Shown here piece after piece: positions 18,681-27,515 of a stretch of DNA of 36,682 bases. Location of the stretch: IMG/VR virus record IMGVR_UViG_3300044698_000357, positions 1 to 36,682 of that record, one strand, 5' to 3'. Numbering within the stretch: the stretch's first letter is position 1; each line of letters opens with the position of its first letter. Position numbers and translations under genes: made by a program. Below the pieces are notes generated by a model. It did not search any database and was not told where the DNA came from. It was given only the letters and a program-made list of their open reading frames with translations. Source of the stretch: a virus. Lineage: Duplodnaviria > Caudoviricetes.

Positions 18681-19194
18681 ATGAAACGCGCCGGCAATCT
18701 TTTTGATTCTGTTTTTAGCGAGGAAAATTTGTACGGGGCCTATCTCGATGCTCGGCGCGGGAAGCGCAAGAAGGCCGCCTGTTTTAATTTTGAAAAGAAC
18801 TTGGGAGCCAATTTAAATGACCTTCACGCCAGGATCCATTGTGGCGTGTACGCGCCCAAACCCTATTTTAAGTTTACGGTTTACGAGCCGAAAACCCGCG
18901 TAATTTACGCGCCGGCCTTTTACGATATTGTTGTGCAGCATGCCATTTATCGTGTTGTTTACCAGATCTTTAACGGCACTTTCATTAACACGTCTTTTGC
19001 TTGCAGGATTGGATATGGCACCCACAGAGCCAGCGACTATACCCAGCAGGCTTTGCGATCATATCCGAGCGATGCCTATACGCTCAAGTTGGATATCCGC
19101 AAGTTTTTCTATTCCATTGATCGCGCGTAGAACCAATTCTTTCCCATATATGATTAAAATTTTAAGGGAGTCTAAAAATGCCAACAACAACTGA
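18681..19194 (+). pseudogene. DGR reverse transcriptase, internally deleted/truncated
   Basis: RBS GGGAGG and ATG 18681; ARRGKR, YEPKTRVIYAPAFYDIVVQHA, SFACRIGYGTH and LKLDIRKFFYSID motifs, then stop at 19130 (149 aa); no GxxxSQ or YxDD; out-of-frame tail ARRTNSFPYMIKIL runs to 19194. Confidence 0.88.
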
Positions 19195-19569
19195 AAAAGA
19201 AATATCGGTCTTGCCGGTTGACGCAGAAAAACTCTGTGACATCGACGACAAAAAATATCATTCGATTCCGGCAAAAGAAAACGACGCCGCTACTCTGGTC
19301 GAAGAAGACAGCAAGGGCAAATTGACCGAAATCGACGCCGCGAACAGGGCGGATTACCCAAAAAAATCATTGAGGCGATCAAAGCGAGCAGCCCGCAATG
19401 TTCCGCGATCAACGAACAGGTGGTCGCAAGGATCAGGGTGCGCTACAGCGTAGATGATGAGATTCAGATGCTTCGGATCGCGCCCTCGCCCGAGACCGCA
19501 GCGTGGAACGATTACGTGGAAGAGTGCAGGTCCTGGGGTCGTGATCAAAAATCGGCTCTGGGGCTGTAG
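19178..19569 (+). CDS. DGR-cassette hypothetical protein split by a -1 frameshift at an A7 run
   Basis: Frame 0 reads MPTTTEK...DYPKK; the -1 frame continues IIEAIKASSP...RYSVDDEIQMLRIAPS...YVEECRSWGRDQKSALGL* (130 aa joined). Confidence 0.65.
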
Positions 19570-19608
19570 GGTCCGTAGCGACAAGGAACTACGCACCCAA
19601 AAAAAATG
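19566..19608. repeat. REP-like/terminator-like hairpin at the right end of the DGR cassette
   Basis: GTA-GGGTCCGTAG-N10-CTACGCACCC (10-bp stem, one mismatch) followed by an A8 run. Confidence 0.45.
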
Positions 19609-19619
19609 AGAAAAAACAG

Positions 19620-20477
19620 ATGTCCAGTGTAACCACCACGATTAAAAACCTGCTCAAGGCCAAGGACGCCAAGGTGCTCTCCGGCCGGCAGGCCGTGGGG
19701 GGGCTGATGGCCGAGGTGCGGCGCCAGATCGTGGCGGATCTGTCCGGACTGCGGGGCGAGAGCTATACGGCCCAGATGCTGCGGGCCAACCTTTCCAGCG
19801 TGGAACGTTATCTATCGGCCTTCGACGCGGCGGCCGGGCGCGAGATGAACCAGCTGCTGGACGCGGCCTGGGAGGCCGGGGCCGACCTGGTGCCGGCGGC
19901 CATGCGCCAGGGGGGGCTGTTCGTGGCCTTCGGGCACATCCCGGGACCGCTGTTGGCCTCGCTCAAGGAGTACAGCACCCACAAGATCAAAGGCCTTTCC
20001 GGGGACGCCTTCAACAAGGTGCGCGGGGAGCTTTCCCTGGGGATCCTGGGGCAGAAGACGCCCCACCAGGTGATCCAGGCCATCGCCGGCGACCTGGCCG
20101 GGGCCGGCGCGCCGGGCACTTTCGGCCAGCTGGAAAAACGGGCCGAGACCATCACCAAACTGGAGATGGGCCGGGCCTACTCCTCGGCCACTCACGAGGG
20201 CCTGCAGCAGGCGGGGAAGAGCGTGCCCGAGATGATGAAGGAGTGGTGGCACGCCGGGCATCCCAAGGTGCCGCGGGTGTCCCACGTGGGACTGCACGGC
20301 CAGCGGCGGCCGATGGACCAGAATTTCGAATGGGGCAGCCTGAGCATCGAGTACCCGCGCGCGCCGTCCGCGGCGGTGGGGGAAGTGATCCACTGCGGCT
20401 GCGAAATGGTGCCCTGGCACCCGGCCTGGGCCAAAGAGACGGCCAAAATGGCCGCGGGCCAGCGAGAGGCGATTTAA
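19620..20477 (+). CDS. Head morphogenesis protein (Mu gpF/SPP1 gp7-like)
   Basis: RAETITKLEMGRAY, KEWWH, R.SH..LHGQ, YP...EVIHCGC motifs. Confidence 0.85.
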   Translation: MSSVTTTIKNLLKAKDAKVLSGRQAVGGLMAEVRRQIVADLSGLRGESYTAQMLRANLSSVERYLSAFDAAAGREMNQLLDAAWEAGADLVPAAMRQGGLFVAFGHIPGPLLASLKEYSTHKIKGLSGDAFNKVRGELSLGILGQKTPHQVIQAIAGDLAGAGAPGTFGQLEKRAETITKLEMGRAYSSATHEGLQQAGKSVPEMMKEWWHAGHPKVPRVSHVGLHGQRRPMDQNFEWGSLSIEYPRAPSAAVGEVIHCGCEMVPWHPAWAKETAKMAAGQREAI

Positions 20478-20605
20478 GGGGCCTAAAACGCCAGCGCGCG
20501 AACGCAGACAGCCGCAAGGGCGGCTACGCCCGGCAGGCGGCCCCGTAACATGTTTACGGACGAAATTGCGGCCCGGCCGCAGACACCCAAAAAGGAGATT
20601 GCAGG

Positions 20606-20854
20606 ATGGCCGAGAAAACGATCGAGAACGACGGCAAGGAATCGGCGGTGAAATTCGAATCGAAATGGCTCAAGGGGCTGGTTTACCGCACCAGCGAAAA
20701 AAAGAAGGCCCGGGGCAAGGATGGCCAGGACGAGATCCGGCGCGTGGCGGTGGAACGGCCGCTGAGCGAGGCCGAGGTGCTGGGCTGGAAAATCACGGGC
20801 AACGAGGTGGTGATCGTGTCCCGCGACGGGCGCAAATATCGCGTGAAACGGTAG
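20606..20854 (+). CDS. Small basic hypothetical protein
   Basis: RBS AAGGAG upstream; fills the gap before the capsid gene. Confidence 0.6.
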   Translation: MAEKTIENDGKESAVKFESKWLKGLVYRTSEKKKARGKDGQDEIRRVAVERPLSEAEVLGWKITGNEVVIVSRDGRKYRVKR

Positions 20855-20868
20855 GACGGGAGGCAGCG

Positions 20869-22947
20869 ATGACGATCGAGCATATTCCACTGCAGGCGGC
20901 CTCGCGCATCCTGGCCGCGGCCGGCGATCCGGCCGACGCGGACTACGGCTACCAGTGGCGGGTGCAGGTGGTGGAGTACGGCCTGGGCAAGGACGGGCGG
21001 ATCAACTGGCCCAAGGAACCGCTGGTGGCGGCGCTGGCCCTGTATGACGGGGCCAAGGTCTTCTGCCTGGAAGAGAGCCAGCACCAGGCTGCACACAAGC
21101 CCTTCGGCAAATCGGCGCGCGAGCTGGTGGGCTGGTTGAAAAACCCCGTGGACACGGGCACGGGCATAGAGGCCGATTTTTACATCCTCAAGGGCGCCCG
21201 GTGGCTGCGCGACAACCTGGTGGACAGCCACGCGCGCGGCAACCCCACCCTCTACGGCCTGTCGCACGACGTGACGGCCAGGGCGGTCACCAAAACCGTG
21301 GCCGGCAGAAAAGTCAAGGAACCGGTTTCGATCACCGCCGTTGAAGTGGACGTGGTCTACGACCCCACCAACAACGGCAGATTTTTACGCATGGCCGCGG
21401 CCGCCGCGGCCCAACAAGAGGAGAGCGAGATGAAGAACAAATTGTTGGCCGCGCTGGAAAAAGCCCGGCCGGACGAATTCGCCAAGATCGACCAAGCGAC
21501 CGTGACCGAGGACGAGCTGATCGCCATGCTGGCGTCGGTCGCGGTGACAGAGGCCGGGGTTGCCGGCGACCATGAAAAGCTGGTGGCGGGCATCGTGGCC
21601 GGCCTCAAGGGCGTGCTTGTGGTGGATGACGGCGCGGCCATGAAGGAGGTCCAGCTGCTGGCCGCCGGCCTGTTGCTGGACCGCGAACTTTCGGCCAGCA
21701 AGCTGCCCGAAGTGGCCCGGGCCAAACTGCGCAAGCGCTTTGCCGGCCAGGTGGTGGCAGCCGAGCAGCTCACGGCGGCCATCAAGGAGGAAAAGGAGTT
21801 CATCGACGCCCTGACCGGGTCGGGCCAGGTGAGCAACGCCGGTGGGGTGCGCATGGGGCGCGACAGCTCCGAGAAGTTGCAGGCGGCCGTCGACCGGCTG
21901 TTTGCCGTGCCGGTGGCGGATGCGTTCAAGGACGTACTGCCGTTCACCAGCCTGCGGGCGGCCTACACCGAGATCACGGGCGACACGGAGGTGCGCGGCT
22001 ACCTGGATCCGGGCCAGAGCCAGCGGCTGCAGGCGGCCTACGGCACGGCGACCTTCGCCTATGTGCTGGGCAACACGCTCTACCGGCGGATGTGCGCCGA
22101 CTACCGCGAGATTCCGGACTACGGGGTGTCGCGCCTGGTGGGTCCCAACATCCGCAACGCGCGCGATTTCCGCACCATGGAGAGCGTGCGCATCGGCTAC
22201 TACGGAGACCTGCCGGACGTGGCCACCGAGGTCGACAACTACCCCGACCTGGCCGAGCTGTCGGACGAGCGGATCGAGTACGCCCTGAACCAGAAGGGAG
22301 GGCTGATCACCATCACGCGCAAGATGATCATCAATGACGACATGCGCGCGGTGCAGAAGATCATTTCGCGCCTGCCGCGGGCGGCGCGGCGCACCCTGGC
22401 CAAGCGCTGCTGGACCCCGTTCATTTCCAACGCCGACTACGACGGCGACGGCGTGGCCATCTTCCACGGCGACCACGGCAACCTGGGGGCCACGGCCTAT
22501 GCCATCGCCACGGCCCTGGCAGCAAAAACGGCCATGGCCCAGCAGGCCGAGCCCGACAGCGGCGAGCGTCTGATGCTGCGGCCGGTGACGGTGGCTTTCC
22601 CGTCCGAGCTTTACGGCATCGTACACAACGTCAATTCGTTCATGCCCACCAGCGACGATGTGGCCGAGGGTAACGTCATGTACGGCTTTTTCAAGCCCGA
22701 GGGCATGGTGGAGAGCCCCTTCATGACCGATGTCTCGGACTGGATGATGTTCGCCGATCCGGCCGAGTGCGAGATCCTGGAGCTGGCCTTCTTGAACGGC
22801 CAGCAGGAACCGGAAATGTTCGTGGCCGACCAGCCCACCGCCGGCCAGATGTTCGTGGCCGACCGCATCCAGTACAAGATCCGCCACGAGTACGAGTGCG
22901 CCGTGGCCGACTACCGCGGGGCCTACAAGGCGGTGGTGGCCGACTAG
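20869..22947 (+). CDS. Prohead protease/scaffold - major capsid protein fusion
   Basis: N-terminal protease-like region (H, GLSHD, VDVVYDP), helical linker with internal RBS/ATG at 21430, C-terminal capsid-like region (DFR, ITRKMIINDD, YKIRHEY...DYRG). Confidence 0.82.
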   Translation: MTIEHIPLQAASRILAAAGDPADADYGYQWRVQVVEYGLGKDGRINWPKEPLVAALALYDGAKVFCLEESQHQAAHKPFGKSARELVGWLKNPVDTGTGIEADFYILKGARWLRDNLVDSHARGNPTLYGLSHDVTARAVTKTVAGRKVKEPVSITAVEVDVVYDPTNNGRFLRMAAAAAAQQEESEMKNKLLAALEKARPDEFAKIDQATVTEDELIAMLASVAVTEAGVAGDHEKLVAGIVAGLKGVLVVDDGAAMKEVQLLAAGLLLDRELSASKLPEVARAKLRKRFAGQVVAAEQLTAAIKEEKEFIDALTGSGQVSNAGGVRMGRDSSEKLQAAVDRLFAVPVADAFKDVLPFTSLRAAYTEITGDTEVRGYLDPGQSQRLQAAYGTATFAYVLGNTLYRRMCADYREIPDYGVSRLVGPNIRNARDFRTMESVRIGYYGDLPDVATEVDNYPDLAELSDERIEYALNQKGGLITITRKMIINDDMRAVQKIISRLPRAARRTLAKRCWTPFISNADYDGDGVAIFHGDHGNLGATAYAIATALAAKTAMAQQAEPDSGERLMLRPVTVAFPSELYGIVHNVNSFMPTSDDVAEGNVMYGFFKPEGMVESPFMTDVSDWMMFADPAECEILELAFLNGQQEPEMFVADQPTAGQMFVADRIQYKIRHEYECAVADYRGAYKAVVAD

Positions 22948-22996
22948 CGGATTTGATATTTGAAATTTGAAAATTTGAGATAGACAACCCCGAGAA

Positions 22997-23026
22997 GGGG
23001 CCGGCGGGTGCGCAACCGCCGGCCCC
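22997..23026 (+). terminator. GC-rich stem-loop after the capsid gene
   Basis: GGGGCCGGCGG-N8-CCGCCGGCCCC 11-bp stem; lacks a clear U-tract on +. Confidence 0.45.
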
Positions 23027-23052
23027 GTTAAAAAACCAAAGGAGAAAGCATC

Positions 23053-24099
23053 ATGAAACGATTCCGATTTGCCATCACCGCGGCCCTGACGCTGCTTTTT
23101 TTGCTGACGGCCGCCGCGGCGCCGGTACAGGCCTACAGCCTTAAAAACAAGCTCTTCGGCTTCGGCGGAACGGCGGGCGAGGTGCTAACCACGGGCGACA
23201 TCGTGTGCATCAAGGACGCCGACGGCCTGGTCTACAAGGCCGACGCCAACGTGGCTACGTTGCGGCCGGCGGTGGGGGTGGTGGGCCTGGGGGCCCGGGC
23301 CATCGGCGACGACGTGGAGGTGATCACCCACGGCATCGTGCGCGGCTGGAGCACCCTTTCCGAGGGGGCCAACGGCTACCTTTCCGAGACGCCGGGGCTG
23401 GTCACCCAGACCCCGCCGACCTACTCCCAGAAAATCGGCTTTGCCATCTCGACCACCGAGTACCTGCTATCGTTCCAGGAGTACCTGGATACCTCGGCCC
23501 TGACGGTCCTGGGGGTGCTGACGGGGGCGACGCCGATCATTTTGGAAGGGGCCACGGCCAACGACTTCGAGATCACGATCGCGCCCGAGGACCCCACGGC
23601 AGACAACACGATCACGCTGATTGATTACTCAGGGTCGGTGCCGGTGGTGGTGGCCCAGGGCTATACCCAGACGTCCAACGGCGACGCGGCGGCGGCGGAC
23701 GTGACCGGATCGGCCATCACCCTGGCCGACGGCTGGTTTACGGAAGGAAAAACGCTCAAGTACACCCTGGGGGGCGTGGTCACCGGGGCCAACGATACCA
23801 TCTCCGTTGCGCTGTATTTCGAGGACGGGGCGGTGATGACGCTGACCACGGCCGACGGGGCGGCGGGCGACTGGACGGCCGAATTCACGATCATCGCCAC
23901 GGCGGCGGCAACCCAGCGCATCATCGGGGTGCTGCGGGCCGAGGGCGGGGCCGAGGTGATCACGGACTACGCCACCGACACCACCAACACGGCGGCGGCG
24001 GGCACCATCCCGGTCAAGGTTCAGATCGTTTTGGCCGACGGGGCCGACCTGATCACCAATGAGTATGTGCGTATCGACGCCTGGAGCAAGGCCGACTAA
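23053..24099 (+). CDS. Capsid cement/decoration-like protein with N-terminal signal peptide
   Basis: Position after the capsid gene; AGEVLTTGDIV...VYKADA...AVGVV...YLSETPG..T DUF2190/capsid-fibre-like pattern; MKRFRF-hydrophobic-VQA signal. Confidence 0.6.
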   Translation: MKRFRFAITAALTLLFLLTAAAAPVQAYSLKNKLFGFGGTAGEVLTTGDIVCIKDADGLVYKADANVATLRPAVGVVGLGARAIGDDVEVITHGIVRGWSTLSEGANGYLSETPGLVTQTPPTYSQKIGFAISTTEYLLSFQEYLDTSALTVLGVLTGATPIILEGATANDFEITIAPEDPTADNTITLIDYSGSVPVVVAQGYTQTSNGDAAAADVTGSAITLADGWFTEGKTLKYTLGGVVTGANDTISVALYFEDGAVMTLTTADGAAGDWTAEFTIIATAAATQRIIGVLRAEGGAEVITDYATDTTNTAAAGTIPVKVQIVLADGADLITNEYVRIDAWSKAD

Positions 24100-24111
24100 G
24101 GGTTGATGTTT

Positions 24112-24139
24112 CGGGGGTGGCCGATTGCGACCACCCCCG
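24112..24139 (+). terminator. Stem-loop downstream of the decoration-like gene
   Basis: CGGGGGTGG-N10-CCACCCCCG 9-bp stem. Confidence 0.4.
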
Positions 24140-24159
24140 CCTTCGACAAGGGAGCAAAA

Positions 24160-24810
24160 ATGGCGCTGATCGAACTGCTGGAAGCCAAGGTCAAGGACGA
24201 GTCGGGGCGGCTGACGTTCGTGGACGATTTTTTGCCGGCCCTGGAAGCGGCGCTGCTGCTGTACTCGGCCCACCGGCCCAAGGAGCTGGTGGTGGACGCG
24301 CCCGGCGACGGCAGCCACGACGTGGCCCTGCCGGAAACGTGGGTGGCGGAATTCTCGCGCCTGCTGCGGGTGGAGTACCCGGCGGGCGAGGTGCCGGAAG
24401 TGATCCTGTCGGCCCAGCGCTACCGCCTCTACCAGGCGCCTACGGGGCGGGTGCTGCGGTTGTTGGACGAAACCCCGGCGGCCGACGAGAGCGTGCGCCT
24501 GGCGTTCACGGCGCCGCGCACGGAGGAAGACATCATCACCGGCGACACGGACGCGGTGGCCTGCCTAGGGGCGGCGATCTGCTGCGAGACCCTGGCCAAC
24601 CTGTTCGCCTCGGCCAACGATCCCACGATCGCGGCCGACGTGGTCAACTACCGCACCAAGAGCGCCGAGTGGGCCGCCCGGGCCAAACGTTTGCGGCAGC
24701 TTTACCTGGACCACATGGGCATAGACGATGAGGGCGGGGCCCCGGCGTCCATGACGGTGGCGCCGCCGCCCGACGGGGGATGGAGCCTGACCCACGGGAG
24801 GCGCGATTGA
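24160..24810 (+). CDS. Probable head-tail adaptor
   Basis: RBS GGGAG; position after the head genes. Confidence 0.55.
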   Translation: MALIELLEAKVKDESGRLTFVDDFLPALEAALLLYSAHRPKELVVDAPGDGSHDVALPETWVAEFSRLLRVEYPAGEVPEVILSAQRYRLYQAPTGRVLRLLDETPAADESVRLAFTAPRTEEDIITGDTDAVACLGAAICCETLANLFASANDPTIAADVVNYRTKSAEWAARAKRLRQLYLDHMGIDDEGGAPASMTVAPPPDGGWSLTHGRRD

Positions 24811-25310
24811 AGATCGGCAGCAAGATGATTTTCCGGGGGGCGTTTTTCAACAAGCCGGCCCGGGCCGTGCGCGACAACCAGGCGGCGGCCATGCACGAGG
24901 CCACCCAGTACACGGCGCGGCGGGTCAAAGAGCGCGTGCCCCAGGGGGTCATGGGCGCCCAGGGCGGCCTTTTGGGCAGCATCCAGCCCGAGGTGCGGCG
25001 GACCTCCCGGACCGTGATCGGCATCGTGGGCACGCCCAGCCCCTACGGCCTGGTGGTGGAGAAGGGGCGCCGGCCGGGGATGAAGCCGCCGCCGGCGGGC
25101 ACGCTGCTGCTGCTGCGCTGGATCGAGGCCAAGATGGGGGTGTCGGCCGAGGCGGCGCGAGTGATCGAGCACCCCGTGCGCTGGAAGATCGCCAAGAAGG
25201 GCACCGAGGGGGCCTTCATGTTTGAAAAAACCCTGGATGAGGACTGGCCCGAGATCCGGGCCATTTTCGAGCGCTACGGCGAGAGCCTGGCGCGGGAGCT
25301 GTCCCGATGA
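24807..25310 (+). CDS. HK97 gp10-like/virion morphogenesis (neck) protein
   Basis: G.L.GSI, PYGLVVEKGRRPG, IAKKGT.GAFMF. Confidence 0.65.
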   Translation: MKIGSKMIFRGAFFNKPARAVRDNQAAAMHEATQYTARRVKERVPQGVMGAQGGLLGSIQPEVRRTSRTVIGIVGTPSPYGLVVEKGRRPGMKPPPAGTLLLLRWIEAKMGVSAEAARVIEHPVRWKIAKKGTEGAFMFEKTLDEDWPEIRAIFERYGESLARELSR

Positions 25311-25852
25311 GCGATGCCGGTTTCAGGGCCTTGATCAAGGCGCGCCTGACGGCCATGGGAGCGGCCGTGGGACGGGTGCACGACTACGAGCGCTGGGCGG
25401 CGCAGCCGGGGCAGTTTCTGGCCCATTTCCAGGACCCGGCCACCAAGAAAATATTCGGCTGGGAGATCACGCGGCGCAAGGTACGGGCGCAGAAAATCGC
25501 CATGCGCCGGTACAAGCTGGTGCACCGCTACCTGGTGCGGGGCTACTACGGCCTGGAAGACGCCGCGGCCACCGAGAAGACCTTCAACGCCCTGGTGGAC
25601 CAGATCGTGCTTTCCTTCACCCTGACGAAGCTGCCCGGCAGCCAGGGCGAGCAGCTGCCCGAGGCGGTCATCGAACCGCGCATCTTCGGGCACGTGCTGT
25701 GCCACGTGGGGGAGATCATCCTGGCCGATGTGACCGAGATCGTGGCCGTGCCGGAAGAGACCGCCGAAGATCTGACGGGCATCGACATCGAATACTACCT
25801 GACGCCGGCGCCGGACGAACTGACCGACGCCGAGGACAACATCGATTTCTAA
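25307..25852 (+). CDS. Probable tail completion/terminator protein
   Basis: Position before the sheath; ATGA coupling. Confidence 0.5.
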   Translation: MSDAGFRALIKARLTAMGAAVGRVHDYERWAAQPGQFLAHFQDPATKKIFGWEITRRKVRAQKIAMRRYKLVHRYLVRGYYGLEDAAATEKTFNALVDQIVLSFTLTKLPGSQGEQLPEAVIEPRIFGHVLCHVGEIILADVTEIVAVPEETAEDLTGIDIEYYLTPAPDELTDAEDNIDF

Positions 25853-25868
25853 ACGAAGGAGAGAGACC

Positions 25869-26075
25869 ATGCCCAAACACCTGACGGTCATCGCACCGGC
25901 CGGGCGCATCTGCCCCCGCGAGGGCGGAAAATTCGCCGGCATCATCACGGACAATCTGGCCGTGGACGTGCCCGACAACAGCTACTACCGGCGACTGCTG
26001 AAAGAGGGCAGCCTGCTGAAAAGCCACAAAACCAGGCCGGCCGCCGAGGCAGCCGCCAAAAAGGGAGGCAAATAA
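25869..26075 (+). CDS. DUF2635 / Mu gp38-like protein
   Basis: VPDNSYYRRLLKEGSL motif, directly before the sheath. Confidence 0.75.
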   Translation: MPKHLTVIAPAGRICPREGGKFAGIITDNLAVDVPDNSYYRRLLKEGSLLKSHKTRPAAEAAAKKGGK

Positions 26076-26078
26076 GCC

Positions 26079-27515
26079 ATGAGCGATCCGATCACCTTCG
26101 CCGAGCTGCAAGCATCCAACCGCCAGCCGGGCACCTACATCGAGCTGTACACCAGAAACGCCGTGCGCGGGCTGCCGGCCAATCCCCAGAAGCTGTTGCT
26201 CGTGGCCCAGAAACTGGCCGCCGGCACGCTGGCCGCGGCCACGCCAACGGCGGTCTACTCGGCCGACGAAGCCGCCGGATACGCCGGACGGGGCAGCGTG
26301 GCGCACGCCATGGTCAAGGCGGCCCTGACGGCCAACCCCTACGCCAACCTGCACCTGTGCCTGCTGGACGATGCCGGGGCCGGGGCGGCGGCGGTCAAGA
26401 CCCTGACGTTGACCGGTCCGTCCACGGGACCGGGCGAGCAGAGCCTGTATATCGGCAGCCAGCGCATCGCCGCGGCGGTGGCCACGGGCGCCACGGCCAT
26501 CGCGGCCGCGGCGGCGCTCGCCGCCGAGATCGCCAAATACCCCGACCTGCTCTTCACGGCGGCGGTGGGGGCCGATCCCAACGAACACGTGATCACGGCC
26601 ACCTGCCGCCACAAGGGCACGCTGGGCAACCAGGTGGATTTCGTCTACGAGAGCAGCGCCCCGGGCCTTTCCGGGGTGGTGGCCACGGTGACGCCGGGGG
26701 CCACGGACCCGGACATCGACGACGGCCTGGACGCGGTGACGGGATCGGCCTACGAGCTGATCTGCACCCACCTGGCCGACGCCACCAACGCCGGCAAACT
26801 GCGCGACCACCTGGACCTGGTGTCGGGCGGCATGGCCATGCGCGCCGGGCGCGGGGTGCTGGGATTCGACGGCACGGTGGCCGACGCGGTGACCCTGGCC
26901 GACGGCATCAACGCCGGGCGGGTGGCCGTATGCCTGCTGCGGGGCACGCGCTCGCCGGCCTACGAGATCGCGGCCGGATGCGCCGCGGCCGAGAGCGCCC
27001 CGGCCTTCGAGGACCCGGCCGTGCCGCGGCGCGAGGTGGCCGTCACGGGGCTGCACGCCCCGGGTGTCGCCGAGCGCCTGTCGGACGCCGAGATCCACAG
27101 CCTGCTCTACAGCGGGGTCACGCCCCTGGTGGTGGGGCCGGGAGAGAAGGTGCAGATCCTGCGCTTCATTTCGACCTACACGGTCAACGCCGCCGACATC
27201 CCCGACCCGGCCCTGCTGGACTTCAACACGCTGGCCATCCTGGACTACGGACGCAAGGCGATCTTGCAGCGCCTGGGGCTGGTGTTTGCCACGGCCAAGG
27301 CCACCGAGCGCAACCGGCGCAACGTGCGCAGCGCAATCTACGCCACGGCCTTGAAGCTGGACGAAGCCGAGATCTGGGAGAACGTGGAGGCCAACAAGGA
27401 CGGCCTGGTGGTGATCCGCGATCCGGATGAACCGACGCGCTTCCGCTTCCGCTGCCCGGCGGACGTGGTCAACGGACTGCACCAGATCTACGGCGTGATC
27501 GATATGATCCTGTGA
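26079..27515 (+). CDS. Tail sheath protein (Mu gpL-like)
   Basis: PGTYIE, G.GSVAH.M, LLYSGVTPL, I.R.ISTY, PADVVNGLH. Confidence 0.92.
   Translation: MSDPITFAELQASNRQPGTYIELYTRNAVRGLPANPQKLLLVAQKLAAGTLAAATPTAVYSADEAAGYAGRGSVAHAMVKAALTANPYANLHLCLLDDAGAGAAAVKTLTLTGPSTGPGEQSLYIGSQRIAAAVATGATAIAAAAALAAEIAKYPDLLFTAAVGADPNEHVITATCRHKGTLGNQVDFVYESSAPGLSGVVATVTPGATDPDIDDGLDAVTGSAYELICTHLADATNAGKLRDHLDLVSGGMAMRAGRGVLGFDGTVADAVTLADGINAGRVAVCLLRGTRSPAYEIAAGCAAAESAPAFEDPAVPRREVAVTGLHAPGVAERLSDAEIHSLLYSGVTPLVVGPGEKVQILRFISTYTVNAADIPDPALLDFNTLAILDYGRKAILQRLGLVFATAKATERNRRNVRSAIYATALKLDEAEIWENVEANKDGLVVIRDPDEPTRFRFRCPADVVNGLHQIYGVIDMIL

Noticed and set aside
18681-19130. RT as a group II intron, retron or Abi RT
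   Set aside because: The avd + TR + VR context identifies it as a DGR RT; no intron or msr/msd features were seen.
25716-27482. Long minus-strand ORFs (also 2851-4317, 13028-14257, 21385-22887, 28376-30100, 29908-31311)
   Set aside because: Antisense shadows of high-GC + strand genes; no recognisable motifs.
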